Shown one piece after another: positions 1-13,547 of a DNA stretch of 64,000 nt (the first letter of the stretch is position 1; every line of letters starts with the position of its first letter). The stretch covers positions 104,718,001 to 104,782,000 of the forward strand of contig NC_043000.1 of the NCBI RefSeq assembly GCF_006345805.1. The letters are read 5' to 3'. A program made the translations under genes and the position numbers. The DNA is from Octopus sinensis. Lineage: Eukaryota. Below the pieces are notes generated by a model, which made no database searches, was not told where the DNA came from, and saw nothing but the letters and a program-made list of their open reading frames with translations.

Positions 1-880
1 AGCATTCGTATTTTTTTTTTCAATCTGAAATACAAAATAGTACAAGTGATTATTCAAGCTGGTAATATTTAAAATTTAGACTCCAACAAAATCTATAAAA
101 TTAGAAATATACCCATTTGAGATTTGTCCCATTTTACCTGTTACATACATGCATGTACACATACATATATACATACATACATACATACATACATACATAC
201 ATACATACATACATACATACATGTATATATATGTATACACATACATACACACAAATGCAGATATGTGTGTGTGTATGTGTGTGTGTATCCAGAGAAACAG
301 GTAGACAGACAAAAAGACAAACGTACGAACGGACAGATAGCAGAGGGAGATGCAGATTGGCAGAAGATAATGTTCGATAAATTTATAATAAATGAACGTT
401 TAACTGTCACCAGACTCTTGGAATATTGCTTCCTTTGTGACAGCATCTGCAATATAATAGTGGGGACATAATCGTCTGCTAGCAGTTCTTTCTCATTATT
501 TTCAATAGATATAAATGTATAGCATTTAATTTCATTTTACACCGACGTGTGTGTGCATGGGCGCACGTATCTATGTAAGTGTAAGTACATATATATATAT
601 ATAATTGTGTGTGTGTGATGTGTGTGTGTGGTGTGTGTGTGTGCGTGTGCGTGTTGTGTGTGTGTGGGTCTATGTGTATTTTGCGTTACTAAAAGTTTCA
701 CCGATGTAAAGGCACGTCTAATCTTCCAGAAGCTTCAATAGTGTGTTGCTAGTCGGTCACGGCTTCTAAATAATTTTGGCTGTCGTTATTTTGAAGCCAT
801 GGCCGCCTCAACATTCAAACGTGCTTTTGCGTTTATAAAATGATTCATATTGTAAATGTGAGTTAAATTTTTATTACAAA

Positions 881-964
881 CATACATACATGCATACCTA
901 CATACATACATACATACATACATACATACATACATACATACATACATACATACATACATACATA
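881..964. repeat. (CATA)n microsatellite
   Basis: Near-perfect catacatacata run read directly. Confidence 0.95.
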
Positions 965-1240
965 CTTACATACTATTGAGAAATCTGCAGTTACTCTACC
1001 CAGATAACAAGTTCAGGTTTATACCTATAATTACTGGGGTACTAGGATATGTAACACACTACCTAAATATCAATCTTGAGAAATTAAACTTCTCAAAACC
1101 AGAAAATAGAAAACTGATTCGAAGACAACAGATCCAATCCATCACTGGAACTGTAAAAATATGTAAAACTTTTCAGAAGTTTATCATTAAGTATATATGA
1201 GCATGTCTAGATATGCAAGTATATGCATGAGAAAACATAC
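965..1240 (+). mobile_element. 5'-truncated R4/Dong-type non-LTR retrotransposon (C-terminus of RLE ORF plus 3'UTR)
   Basis: Translates LLRNLQLLYPDNKFRFIPIITGVLGYV...LIRRQQIQSITGTVKICKTF. Same peptide as the copies at 4289-4615 and 5790-6000. 3'UTR ends gcatgagaaaac and runs into (ATAC)n. Confidence 0.8.
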
Positions 1241-1268
1241 ATAAAACAAAACATACAAATTTTCACGT

Positions 1269-1416
1269 ATACATACATACATACATACATACATACATAC
1301 ATTCATACATACATACATACATACATACATACATACATACATACATACATACATACATACATACATACATTCATACATACATACATACATACATACATAC
1401 ATACATACATACATAC
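1269..1416. repeat. (TACA)n microsatellite / retroelement tail
   Basis: Direct reading. Confidence 0.95.
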
Positions 1417-2678
1417 CCGGTTGATTTTGCAATTCCAATGAAGGAGACTTTGGTCTAGGTTAGAAACCGGCTCTTTCTCTATTGGCAAAAAAATCTTGAA
1501 ATTTAACTGAATAATGATATACATAGATACCTACGTGCATACATAACATGGTGGCTGTAGACTCGTAAACGAGTATGATCATAACTGACAAATGATCTTA
1601 TCCTAGATGTTAAAGACAATGGCTGCCAGCAATGCCTGTGATGAAATTTAAAGTCAATAACAACTTGCACAACACCGCTATGACTCTCATCAACAATGCC
1701 AAGTAGTCCAGAAACAGGCATGAGCAAGATCTCCAGCTACACAACGAGACGTGCTATTTCGGAATTTCCTTCTACTAGCTAGAGAGATGTCTAAGTAAAG
1801 ACAAAGAGCCTCTCATTCCCAGTTGTTGGATGACCGTTAATTCTGTTTAGTTCATCCGTCCTTTAACAGGTTTTGTTTTGCATTCTGCAGGATGTCTAAC
1901 AGGAAGAAAAGAAAACTCTGCTTAGCAAATAGGCTTGGTACGGCTGCCGGTTTAGAAATCATCAGCCCGACCAGGTGACATGTTGCACCGGGTTACATGT
2001 CACCCGTAGTACACAGAGTAATCTGATGTACATACATACGTAGATGCGTATATACATGCATACATACATACATACATACATACATACATACATACATACA
2101 TACATACATACATACATACATAAAGACAACCAGCCAGGCGGACAGATACACAGACACAAATACACACACGCAAGCACGTACACACACGCACACACGCACG
2201 CACACGCGCGCGCGCGCACACACAAACACGCGCACGCGCACACACAAATTTACACTCACACTCACATATACATTCAATTTGGGTCACCCTTGCCACTGGA
2301 TCTGTCTTCCTCACGGCAGACATAGTTATCATACGAAATGTGGACATCTATCAGCACTAAAATCTCAATGCATAGGCCCCTTTCCTTGAATGTGAATTAT
2401 CGATCTTGAAACTCCGAGTGATTGTCACTGTGACTGTAGGGATATCATGCACTTTTCCGACGATAGCATACCGATACACACACAGTTTTGTTCACTCATT
2501 ACACTATATAGCAGCAGCAGTAAGGGTGTAGTTGCTGTAATTCTTCACTCGCTCGCACGACTGCGTCCCCTGTTCATATAGTCTGTAATTAGTACAGTCA
2601 TCAAATGATGCACAATTAAAGGAGATATACGTTAACAATTTCAATAGATAACCATAAAGCCATAAGCATATATGTATT

Positions 2679-2725
<47 letters not shown>

Positions 2726-3959
2726 GAACACATATATAACATATATATATGTATGTATATATATACACATACACACACACACTCTTTCACAAGGAAATCC
2801 AGACAATTTTTTGAAAAGTGACATTTTGTCCCTCTTGGAGTAAACAGCTGGATTTGCCATTACTAAAAGCCAAGAATTGATTATTATTGATAACTTGACC
2901 AGCTGCAAAGATATCAACAAAAAAATTTTTCTTCTTTCTTTCCTTTTTCTTCCTTTCCTTCTTTTTCTTTAACACTCCTTTTTCATTTTCATTTTCCTAT
3001 TTGCATTTGTAAGTATACATGCATATATCATACATACGTAAATGCATACTTACATAGGTATACAAGCGCGTGCACATATATATATACATATATCTACATA
3101 TATATACTTGCATACACGCGCGCGCGCGAACACACACACACACACACACACACGCGCGCGCGCACACACACACACACACACTCACACACACACAGATATG
3201 TATATTTTATCACTTTGACTTTTTAATTAAACCCGACATGCTATCGTGCAGACATCTCTTTAATTCCATTTTACACCTAATTCCATTAGAATAACATTGC
3301 CGTTTTCCCTAATTCCATATTGCATGCTATCCTTATAAAAGACACACACGCATGCACATCCACTCGTGCACAGGCGCATGCAGCACACACATTATTCAAT
3401 ATGAATATGTGTTTCTGAGTATGTATGTATATATGTATGTATGTGTGTATGTATGTATGTATGTATGTATGTATGTATGTATGTATGTATTATGTATGCA
3501 TGTACGTACATATGGATGAATGGCTGAAAGAATGGATGATTGATATAAGTTTTGTCTTTCTTAAAAATATCTTTTTTAATTCTTTATACAAGCAAAATGT
3601 TATTTTCTAAGGAAGAAACATTGATTTTTCACTGGAATTTAGCTAACTGCATAGTATTATGTATTCCATTACTGAAAAGTTGCACTTATTTTTACTGTCC
3701 CGCTTACAGAATGTATTAGCGACGTGTCTGTCAGCTATTCACACTCAATGTTTAAAAACCTCCACATTTTGAGATTATTACTCGGACACATATTAAAATA
3801 GATATATGTAACAATAATAGGTGCAAGTGTAGATATATTTTCTAGGTAGAAGCTGTAGGCACCAAAGCAGTTAGCCATTAATTTTCTCTACCCTTTTATT
3901 GATTTCTATAGATATTTTTGCACCCGCAAGGTAGCAGATCCTTATCACTATACGTAATT

Positions 3960-4078
3960 TTTATTTTCTGTCCCAAACAACTATATTAAGTCGGCCATGC
4001 TTACATTTGTCAGAGGTGTTGCTGAAAATATTGATTTATTTTTGTTGAGGTGGGAGAAAAGTTTTCTACATGACTCTA

Positions 4079-4080
<2 letters not shown>
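3960..4080 (-). mobile_element. R4/Dong-type LINE fragment (RLE region)
   Basis: Minus strand reads TSDKCKHGRLNIVVWDRK, matching KCKHSKSDIVVWDRQ of the 5928-6389 ORF. Confidence 0.6.
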
Positions 4081-4109
<29 letters not shown>

Positions 4110-4222
4110 TGTATGTATGTATGTATGTATGTATGTATGTATGCATGCATGCATGTATGTATGTATGTTTGTAAGTATGTTTGTATGTATGTATGTATGT
4201 ATGTATGCATGCATGCATGTAT

Positions 4223-5045
4223 GTATGTATGTATGTATGTATGTCTTCTCATGCATATAGTTGCGTATCTTTACATGCTCATATATACTTAAACGATAAA
4301 TTTCCGTAAAGTTATACAGATTTTTACAGTTCCAGTGATGGATTGTATCTGCAGTCTTCGAATCAGCTTTCTCTTACCTAGTTTTGAGAAGCTTAATTTC
4401 TCAAGATTAGTATTTAGGTAGTGTATTACATATCTCATGGCCCCAATAATTATAGATATAAACCTGAACTTGTAGTCTGGATAGAGTAACTGCAGATTTC
4501 TCAATAATTCAACGTAGGTATTCTCTTTTTCCTTGATCTTCAGTTTTATGTTGACATCCGATGGGCAGCTAATTTCCACAACTGTACTCAGTTTCTCTTC
4601 TCTATCCCAAATCATTATATCAGGTCTGTTGTGCTTTCATTTTATTGAGGTCTTCACTGGGACTTTGTACCAGAACTCTTTTTATTATGAGTGACTGTGG
4701 CTTCTACCATACTATGGGGTTTTTTTTTATCCTCAGAGATATCCTTCAATCTGATTTCATTATGTAGTGTCCTGGCTACAACATTATGTCTCATCAGTAG
4801 ACATACCGTAATGACATTTTCGGACACCTGCTTATGATGTGGGTAGTATCTTTGGTGTTGACTCCACAAAGTCTGCATCGGTTGTCACATTTTACTGCTT
4901 TTCCTGCATCTCTATCCCTTTTGTGCATCAGGTATTTGGTCGACGTTTACTGTTCCTGAGTTGCAAACGCATACTCTTCAAAGTGGGCGGTAGTAATCCA
5001 GTTATTGGTCCATGATAGACTGCTTTGATGACCGATGTTTCTAAC
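4223..5045 (-). mobile_element. R4/Dong-type LINE 3' portion (CCHC knuckle plus RLE endonuclease, degenerate)
   Basis: Reads HFEEYAFATQEQ..TKYLMHKRDRD..KCDNRCRLCGVNTKDTTHIISRCPKM, then IWDREEKLSTVVEISCPSDVNIKLK..KENTYVELLRNLQLLYP. The 3' end gcatgagaagac joins (ATAC)n at 4081-4222. Confidence 0.85.
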
Positions 5046-5678
5046 ATCACAGATCTTTCTATTAACATATCCATACATGAGCTTCTGCTCATATATGCTC
5101 AACCTTTCATCTCATAATACGTTGCGGTAGATTCGCGCGACTTCTTTGGACATGCATTTAAGGTTATCAGACAAGAAAATGCTACTCAAGTACCCTCATG
5201 TATGCGAACTTAGTCAAGGGATGCACTTTGATACTTGGGGGTTAAAAGATGCTGCCGAAGGGATATGATACGACATTCAAAGGAATTTTGAATCTATGTG
5301 AAGCCTCTGCCACCTTGTTTTCATTTTAGGTAGAGGCCGACTACGTCACTATTTACGTGGAAATTATGCGTGCTTGATAGTATTTTCCGAGTTATCACAT
5401 CAATGGCTCGGACCTCATCAAGCGTCCAATCAAGCAGCCCTAATGTTGGTATGAGTTCCGGCACTGCAACACATTGTGGGCCACTGTTTTATTGAATGCA
5501 GAGTCCTGAGCTCCAAATTTTCTTTATTCGGCTGTAATATTCTTTAATGACACGTGCCTTGTTACAGGTACCATTGTAAGATGTTTTTACCTACCGTATG
5601 TATGTATGTATGTGTATGTATGTATGTATGTATGTATGTATGTATGTATGTATGTATGTATGTATGTATGTATGTATG

Positions 5679-6300
5679 TTCTCTTCCGCTTTTGATTACT
5701 TAAATTCTTTCTCTCTCTGAAAGAACTGGTTTCTAATAAAGATACAAAGCTCCATCATTGGATTGTAGATAACGAAGACAATGTCACATTTTAAACTTGA
5801 GAAAAAATCTTGCATAGTTTTTCTATTCTACTTACAGATTGTAGTTTTAATATGCAAGTGGTTGATTTTTTCCCCCGGAAAATTCAAGTTTAACCAGACT
5901 GATAGTCTGGATAAGCACCAATAATTATTAATATAAATGTAAATTTGTAATCCGGATATAGAAGCTGGTGGTTTTGAGGCATTTGTTCATATTCATCCTG
6001 TTTCTCTTTGATTTTCTGGTTTTCAAAGAAATATTCACATTAGTAGAATAGCTGACCTCTATGACGGCACACACATTTTCTTGTCTGTCCCAAACAACAA
6101 TATCCGACTTGCTATGCTTACATTTCACAGATGCTTTGACGGGAATGTTCCACCAGTATTCCTTGTGTTGATGCTTGTCTATATATTCAGTAACAGGAGG
6201 ATTCTCTATTTTTATTCCAAGACAACTTTTTTTCCGAATGGGATTGTATATTATTTTTGCGACAACGTCGTGTCGCGTAGGGAGGTAGTACATCGATAAC
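5679..6300 (-). mobile_element. R4/Dong-type LINE 3' portion
   Basis: Reads YLPTRHDVVAKIIY...EYWWNIPVKASVKCKHSKSDIVVWDRQENVCAVIEVS...QLLYPDYKFTFILIIIGA. TATG-type repeats on both sides (5597-5678, 6302-6432). Confidence 0.85.
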
Positions 6301-6859
6301 TGTATGTATGTATGTATGTATGTATGTATGTATGGATGGATGGATGGATGGATGGATGCATGCATGCATGCATGTATGTATGCGTGCATTTATGCATGTA
6401 TGGATGGATGGATGGATGGACGCATGCATGCATGGAAGAAAGTAGGTGTATGAGAATGTGTAATTTTTTCTTTGTAATTATTAAAGTTTCTTTTTTCCTT
6501 TGGAGAATTCAAAGTGGTGAATCTTTTTTGTTTAACTCAAGACAACTCTTGAGGTTTGTAGATGTGTGAATCGAATATTGAAGGTATATATATGAATGAA
6601 TTGATAAACAAGCATCTGTGTAGTGGGTGTGCATATAGTTTTGGAATACAAGTGTATGTACTTCATTACTGCTTATGTGTGTTTCCGTGTATGCGTTCAA
6701 TATGTACATGTGATTGTGCATATTTGTTCAACTCAGGAACCTTAAATGTTAGAATACTTTACAATGTGTGTGTGTGTGTGTGTGTGAATGTGTGTGTATG
6801 TGTGTGTGTGTGTCTGTGTGTGTGTCTTTCTCCGGGATTTCTCAGTCAATTGTTACGTA

Positions 6860-7800
6860 ACCCACTGCTCCTATGATAACTGGGGCAACTGAAAATCTAT
6901 AACCTGGATATAAGAGCTGTAGGTTTGTTATCAGTTCTCCATAGAACTGCAGTTTTTAAGGGAATGTTCCACCAGTAATGTTTATTTTTAAAGGTGGAGC
7001 TACTCTCTGGTGCTAGTGTGCGTGGCTGTCAGGACAATTCTTGCGCATGGCATTGTAAACCATCATAGCGACAATGTCATGTCTCATAGGAAGGTAGGGT
7101 CTTGCGAACACTTGGGGGTAGCTACTGAGGAAGTGATATTTTCCACATTTGTATGCCATAATCGACACTTTCTATCACAGCGTGGAGATTTAGAGATATC
7201 CTTATCTCTTTTGTTGATCAGGTATTTAGTAGCTATCTCTTGTTCTTGATTAGCAAAGGCATAATCTTCTAATTAAGGTGTGATGTACTTATAAATCCAG
7301 GAGAGGCTTCTATTCCTGCCAGCGTTGTTGGCATTCTCTTACCTGTGGGACATCTACCCAAACATAACTTTCAGTTATTATGATGATTATTTCTCTTCTA
7401 AGTCTCTACGTAAATCACGCTTGGTTCGCACGGAATAGCTGTGTCACCAGAATACTCGTTCAGGACTTCTTTGCCTTATCTCATGATGTTATTACCCTCA
7501 CTGTTGAGTATACATGTGATGTATTAATTTCCTTCTTTATCGTACAGTAGATGTTGTGAAGAAAGCAGCAAATCTTTTCTCAGCGAAAGTTGTCTGTTGT
7601 CCCAGTTGTTTGGCACTGAATTTGGAGTAGTTGAGGTATTTTATATCCCAATGATCGTTCAACCTTTTCATGCTACCTCCTGAAGGATGTTCCCTAGTCC
7701 TGTCACAGAATTTGCTCAACTCTTGGTTCAATTCAAAGGCTTCGTAGCAACTGCTGATCTCAATCTCCTGTTCAGCCATGGCAAATGTAGTAGTAATCCA
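6860..7800 (-). mobile_element. Internally deleted R4/Dong-type LINE (N-terminal piece fused to CCHC/RLE piece)
   Basis: 7537-7779 MAEQEIEISSCYEAF...GSMKRLNDHWDIKY..FSAKQL resembles the N-terminal region of R4-clade ORFs. 6960-7270 reads EDYAFANQEQEIATKYLINKRDK..CDRKCRLW and KHYWWNIPLKT. Confidence 0.7.
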
Positions 7801-8289
7801 ACGTGTTTAGTTTCAGTTAATTTTATTCGTTTGATCATTGCTATAATCTACTATAAAAGGGTGCTGCTTCACATTTATCCAAAGAAGATAACTAATTTTA
7901 TTTGCCAGGTATGTGTTAATGGCAAAAATTATGATTTCAACGCCTATGTACGTACGTACATGTATGTATGTATGTATGTATGTATGTATTATGCGTGCGT
8001 GTGTGTAAGTGTGTGTGTGTATATATATATGTATGTACTTTTTCTTTGACATCTATTTAAGTTCTTTATGGAGTTCAAGTCAATCGCTAATTAAGTGACA
8101 AGACTTTATGAGTTATAAGAGTTCCTTAAATACGTGGTTGTGTTAGTGTGTGTATATCTGTCGGTGCATGCACCTGCACTTATATGTGTGAACATGCCTC
8201 TTTAGAACATGTCTCTTTAGTGTTTGTGCGTGGATATGGTGGGGTGCGCGCAGGCAAAATTACTTTTATATAAGTGCCTTTGTAGATGT

Positions 8290-8460
8290 ACACAATCGAG
8301 TAAGTGCATGTAATCATTAAGAAAAAAAAATAGATGGATAATCTTAGGAATGTCTCACAAATTTTTACTGTGCTCCTAACAGATTGGATTTGGAGGATGT
8401 ACGTCAGTTTCTTTGGGTTTTTTTTCCAGAAAACCATAGCATTTGTGTGTTTAATCTGTC
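8290..8460 (-). mobile_element. R4/Dong-type LINE C-terminal fragment
   Basis: ILQIQSVRSTVKICETFL matches the family C-terminus. Confidence 0.55.
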
Positions 8461-8544
8461 TAGATGTATATGTGCATGCGCTTAAGTAGCTATATGTATG
8501 TGTATGTAAAGGGTAATGGGTAAAGACCACCTTCGGTCATGAAT

Positions 8545-8846
8545 GACCATAGGATTGTACCTAGAAAGTTACCCTCCGAGGCACAAGTCCGGACAAGGTT
8601 GTTTATGGAAGACCAACAGTCACCTATGCATACCAGCCTTTCCTCTCCACGCCACAGATGTTATCCAAGGGAAAGGCCAAAGCCGATACAATTTGGCACT
8701 TGTGACGTTGTAACTCATTTATACAGCTGAGTAAACTGGAGCAACGTGAAATAAAATGTCTTGCTCAAGAACGCAACACATAGCCCGTCCGAGAATCGAA
8801 CAGACTATCTCATGATTGTGAGCCCGACGCTCTAATCACAGAACCA
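8545..8846 (-). mobile_element. tRNA-derived SINE
   Basis: Minus strand has a degenerate A box and a GTTCGATTC B box. It then reads gtgttgcgttcttgagcaagacattttatttcacgttgctccag, shared with the 9493-9800 copy. Confidence 0.7.
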
Positions 8847-9492
8847 TGTATCTTCATCATGTGTATGTGCCTTGTGTGTAATTGTATATGTATATGTGAG
8901 AGTATATGTCTAAATACGCGTGATTGTATGAATAAATCTCTGTATTTGCGTGCGGTTGTTGGAGGGGGGAATCCACATATGTGTGTATGTGTGTGTGTGT
9001 TCTCGCTCGAGTATGTGTTAGCTTTTTGTCTATACTATTTTGAGTGAAAAATTAGTAAATGCTATCATAGATATTAATTGTGTTTGATGTATGTAATGGC
9101 TTAGTTGTTAATACAATACCTGAATGTATATTTTGATGGACAGATATCTACGGGGGACATTTTAATATTAATGAAATATGCCAAATATATGTAAATGGTG
9201 CATATAAGTATCTTTTGTGTACCTAAAAATCTATAAGGTATAATTTCATCGATTGTGTGCATATATATTTGGGTATGTGTATAAATGCATGTATGTGTGT
9301 ATACATATTTATATATATATACACGTGATGTATTCACATGTTATAATGTTACAGATATGTATATAGGTGTATAGATACAAGTATGTGTATGTGTGTGTTT
9401 TTGTGTGCGTACGTGTGAGTATGTGTATGTCTGTGTGCGTGTGTGTTAGCTGGAGTAATATTACATGCATATCTTCTTCTCTTTCTCCGCCG

Positions 9493-9800
9493 GTTACGAC
9501 GACGAGGGTCCCAGCTGATACGATCAACGGGACAGCTTGCTCGTGAAATTAACGTGCAAATGGCTGAGCATTCCACAGACACGTGTACCCTTAACGTAGT
9601 TCTCGGGGATAATCAGCGTGACACAGAGAGTGACAAGGCTGACCCTTTGAAATACAAGTACAACTCATTTTTGCCAGCTGAGTGGACTGGAGCAACGTGA
9701 AATAAAGTGTCTTGCTCAAGGACACAACGCGTCGCCGGGAATCGAACTCACAACCTTACGATCATGAGCCGAATGCCCTAACCACTAAGCCACGCGCCCT
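9493..9800 (-). mobile_element. tRNA-derived SINE, near full length
   Basis: A box TGGCTTAGTGG, B box GAGTTCGATTCC, central domain gtgtccttgagcaagacactttatttcacgttgctccag. Confidence 0.8.
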
Positions 9801-9869
9801 CACTTACATGCATATATAAATACGCGTTTCCAGCCGCGTAAAAATATTCCTTCACAACTGCGTAATCGG

Positions 9870-10420
9870 TGCTTGTTCAAGTGTATGCAATTCCTGATTA
9901 TCTCTGATCTAAATTTCAATGGTGGCTTTGTTTTCGAAGAATTTTGAGGATTCTTCTCTTGCCTACCATAAAGAGTTCACACCGTTTACTTCCAGTTTAA
10001 AAGTGCGTGGCTCTTTCCAGCATTTTTATAGACTTTTATTTCAATTTCGAGATGTAGCTGCCGAATTTTAATCTTTTTCCTATGTTTAAAGGAGGATATA
10101 TGTTCATAAGATCTTTATTTAAACCTGCGTTCCGTGACGCCTATACCACCGATGTAATATTAATCTTTCTATTAGTTTACGTTCTCCTTTGCAGGATTTC
10201 TTTTGTTCTATATGTACTAGGGTTCCTGCATAAGCATATATCTTCGGTTTTGTTGGTGGGTCTGTGCGATATTGCCAATGCGGTGCTAGTTATTTTTTCT
10301 GTTTCTATATCTAGGGAGAAGTGCTTGTCGATAAAGATTAAAAAGCCTTTTGCCATATTGGATTTTACATTAGGTGAAAAAGAGGAGTGAACCATATAAC
10401 GATACACTTTTGTTTTACGT
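9870..10420 (-). mobile_element. Penelope-like element remnant (RT C-terminus to GIY-YIG endonuclease)
   Basis: Reads SFSPNVKSNMAKGFLIFIDKHF...ICLCRN...YYIGGIGVTERRFK*RSYEHISSFKH...TGSKRCEL. This parallels the PLE motifs PFSKNVKTNIGKxFLKLIDKHF, YIGxTExxFKxRxxxH and GSKRCNLC. Many stops. Confidence 0.7.
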
Positions 10421-10460
10421 TTCGGTCGTGGAAAGACAGGTGCTAGGCAGCCAGGCAGGC

Positions 10461-10530
<70 letters not shown>

Positions 10531-10648
10531 GTTTCTCTTTGCGAGTGCCTTCAAATCACTCTTTTGCATAAAGTTTTCTTCATAATTTCTCAATAATTTG
10601 TTTTTGATACTTTTTCGTTCTGAGTTTTCATTCGTATATTTTCTTTTA

Positions 10649-10691
<43 letters not shown>

Positions 10692-11369
10692 ACACACTTT
10701 CTTAATTAATCTCTCTTTTTTCCTCTCTCGGTGACATGCTCACACGGTAACTAACTACCTCTTTCTATGTCTATTTGATTGACATCCATATCTTCATTTC
10801 TCCCATTGTAACTTTCATTACTGCTACTCTCTCTATCTCCTTCCCCTCCCCTTTTCTCGCTCTATATTACAACAAAAAAATTATGTAACTGTATTACCGA
10901 AATAAATCAGTGACATTATGCTTATTAATTTGTTTAATATGCCCATGTCAGTTTATATAATACGAATATGAACAAAGCTGAAAATTCGCATTCAGAAAAA
11001 TATTGTATGTTATTAAGCTACATAAAAACCTTACCTCTTTATACAAGTAAAGACGGAAAATTAGAATTTAAAAAAGGTGCACCGAAGAAAATGTCCGTTT
11101 AAAACGTATATGGCTTTGTTGTGGAGTGAATCTTATTGAGCTTATCGAAAACATGAGTTTACATCATAACATCCATTAAACATTTGATTTTTTTATCATA
11201 TTTTATCGCTATAAAACTTTTACTTGTGTATTCTTTTCATCTATCTTTTATTTACCATTGAAAAATACAAACAAAAAAACTATTGAGACTAATAAATCAA
11301 AGAAATAAAAAATAATAAGCTAAAATTCGTTTCAAGGCCTAGGTTCATTTTCAGCCCCCAAACAAATTT

Positions 11370-11455
11370 TCTTGTGTGTATGTGTGTGTGTGTGTGTGTG
11401 TGTATTCATATATACATATACATGAATGTATGTGTGTGTATATATGTATATATAC

Positions 11456-11533
<78 letters not shown>

Positions 11534-11536
11534 TAT

Positions 11537-11604
<68 letters not shown>

Positions 11605-11660
11605 ATAGGACAAGCAAGTTAGGCAAGTCGACTTACGCAAAATATTATGTATATGTATGT

Positions 11661-11730
<70 letters not shown>
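11370..11730. repeat. Compound (TG)n/(TA)n microsatellite
   Basis: Direct reading. Confidence 0.95.
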
Positions 11731-11733
<3 letters not shown>

Positions 11734-12267
11734 CGCCAAAAGATGAAAACAACGGCAAGAAAACTGATAAACCGTTACTTTCTAAGTAAAAGTATCATGT
11801 GATATTAGTTCTGCTCGGGTGGCACAGACATTCCCTTGTCACTCTTGCCATAATAAATGCAGTGAATCGGTTAATGGCCTTTTGGAAAATTTGTAATCAA
11901 TGTTGCTATTTCCCTCAAAATATGATATGAGATAAAAAAAATCTGAAAATAAAATAAACCTGTTGTTTCGGTTGCCTTTCTGTGAAAATAAAATAAACTA
12001 AGAACAACATGATTAAATAAGTAGGTATAAAATATAAACAAGAATTAAGATAGGAGAAAAGTGTATTGATAGATGTATAAATAATAAAGGCAGAGCATAC
12101 ACACACACATGTACATATATATCATGATTTTAGAATTCATAAGCCGTTGTTCTTGATATATGAGAAGAAACACTGCACTTCCTCAGTCCGGTTTTCTTCT
12201 GTAAAATACATAATACATCATCTTTTGTGTATGTATGTGAGTGTGTGTGTGTGCGTGCGCGCGTGTA

Positions 12268-12643
12268 TCTCTCTCTATATAAACGGCAGTTTGTCTGTGC
12301 GTGTTTCTGTGTGTCTGTTTGCTTGTACCTTCACCCTGACCACGGCTTTCAACCGATTCTGATGAAACTTGACACACACATAGCCCAATGTCATAATTCA
12401 AAACTAACGCAGCGAAAATTTTGAAAAGTTCCCCCAGTTCTGAAAAAAATCGATAAATTCGACATGGGGTCCAAAATCAGAAACACAAACTGTCTAGGGG
12501 ACGCAACTCCACCTTTTTTAACTAAAAAAAAAATTTACCATCATTTTTTCCCATTTTTTTGCTATTTTTTGGCTATAACTCTCTAAAAATGCTTTATAGT
12601 TATTTCCCTTACAAACCTGAGCAACGCCGGGCGATACTGCTAG
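12268..12643 (+). mobile_element. Non-autonomous Helitron
   Basis: Inserted between A and T. Starts TCTCTCTCTATATAAA and ends gcaacgccgggcgatactgCTAG, a GC hairpin plus CTAG. No TSD. Confidence 0.8.
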
Positions 12644-12741
12644 TAATATATAAATATATATATATGAATATATATGTGTGTGCGTATACGTATATATGTA
12701 TGTATGTATGTTTGTATGCATGTATGTATGTATATATATAT

Positions 12742-12812
<71 letters not shown>

Positions 12813-12960
12813 ATCTACATATATATATGTGTGTGTGTGTGTGTATAGGACGACATTGTTTAATAATGTCCTTTCTTAACTTATAAAAACGGGAGAAACT
12901 TTTGAAATAGTGAAATCGGAAAAGGAAATGAGAACATTTTTATGTCTTTTAAACATCTTT

Positions 12961-13168
12961 TATCTTGTTTCAGTCATTTGACTGCGGCCATGCTGGGCCA
13001 CCGACTTGAAAGCTTAATCGAATAAATCAACCCCAGAGCCTTTTTTTTTTTAAGTCTAGTACATATTGTATCGGTCTCTTTTACCAAACTACTGACGTTC
13101 CGGGACGTAAACAAACCAACACCGGTTGTAGAACGGTGATGGGGACAAGCAACACACACACACACACA

Positions 13169-13208
<40 letters not shown>

Positions 13209-13370
13209 ACACACTCTCGATAGGCTTCTTTCAGTTTCCATCAACTAAATGCACTCACAAAATTTTGGCCGGCCCAGAGCTATAGTAATAGATACTGGCC
13301 CAAACTGCCACACAATGGGGCTGAAGCCGAGACCACATAGGTAGAAAGCAAGTTTCTAAACTACATAGTC
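12961..13370 (-). mobile_element. CORE-like tRNA SINE with internal (CA)n (family A)
   Basis: Reverse complement of the family exemplified at 33183-33595; 3' end gactgaaacaagataaa. Confidence 0.75.
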
Positions 13371-13547
13371 ACAAAATTACTGAAAACGATAAGAAAATAA
13401 TGTTTATAAGAAAAAAGACCTGAAGTTCCAAAACAGGGAACTATGAAAATATTTTGGTTTGTTTACCTAAATTTCTTCATATATTTCCTAACTCTCTTTC
13501 AAAGTATAATTGCTATAAACAGTTTTACATTATTTACATTAGCCCAC

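Noticed and set aside
1900-2030. Possible HDV/hammerhead ribozyme (CTGATGA on minus strand, 10-bp GGTGACATGT hairpin, ACTCTGT/GCAGAGT pairing)
   Set aside because: No GAAA for a hammerhead, and no P3/L3/P1.1 consistent with HDV topology.
5330-5570. Plus-strand exon candidate (MARTSSSVQSSSPNV) and 8-nt microexon
   Set aside because: Splice signals are plausible, but there is no recognisable protein and no linked exons; chance level is high.
9730-9800. tRNA gene (also 13548-13615, 15458-15530)
   Set aside because: These are SINE heads: A/B boxes without a complete acceptor stem, continuing into repeat bodies.
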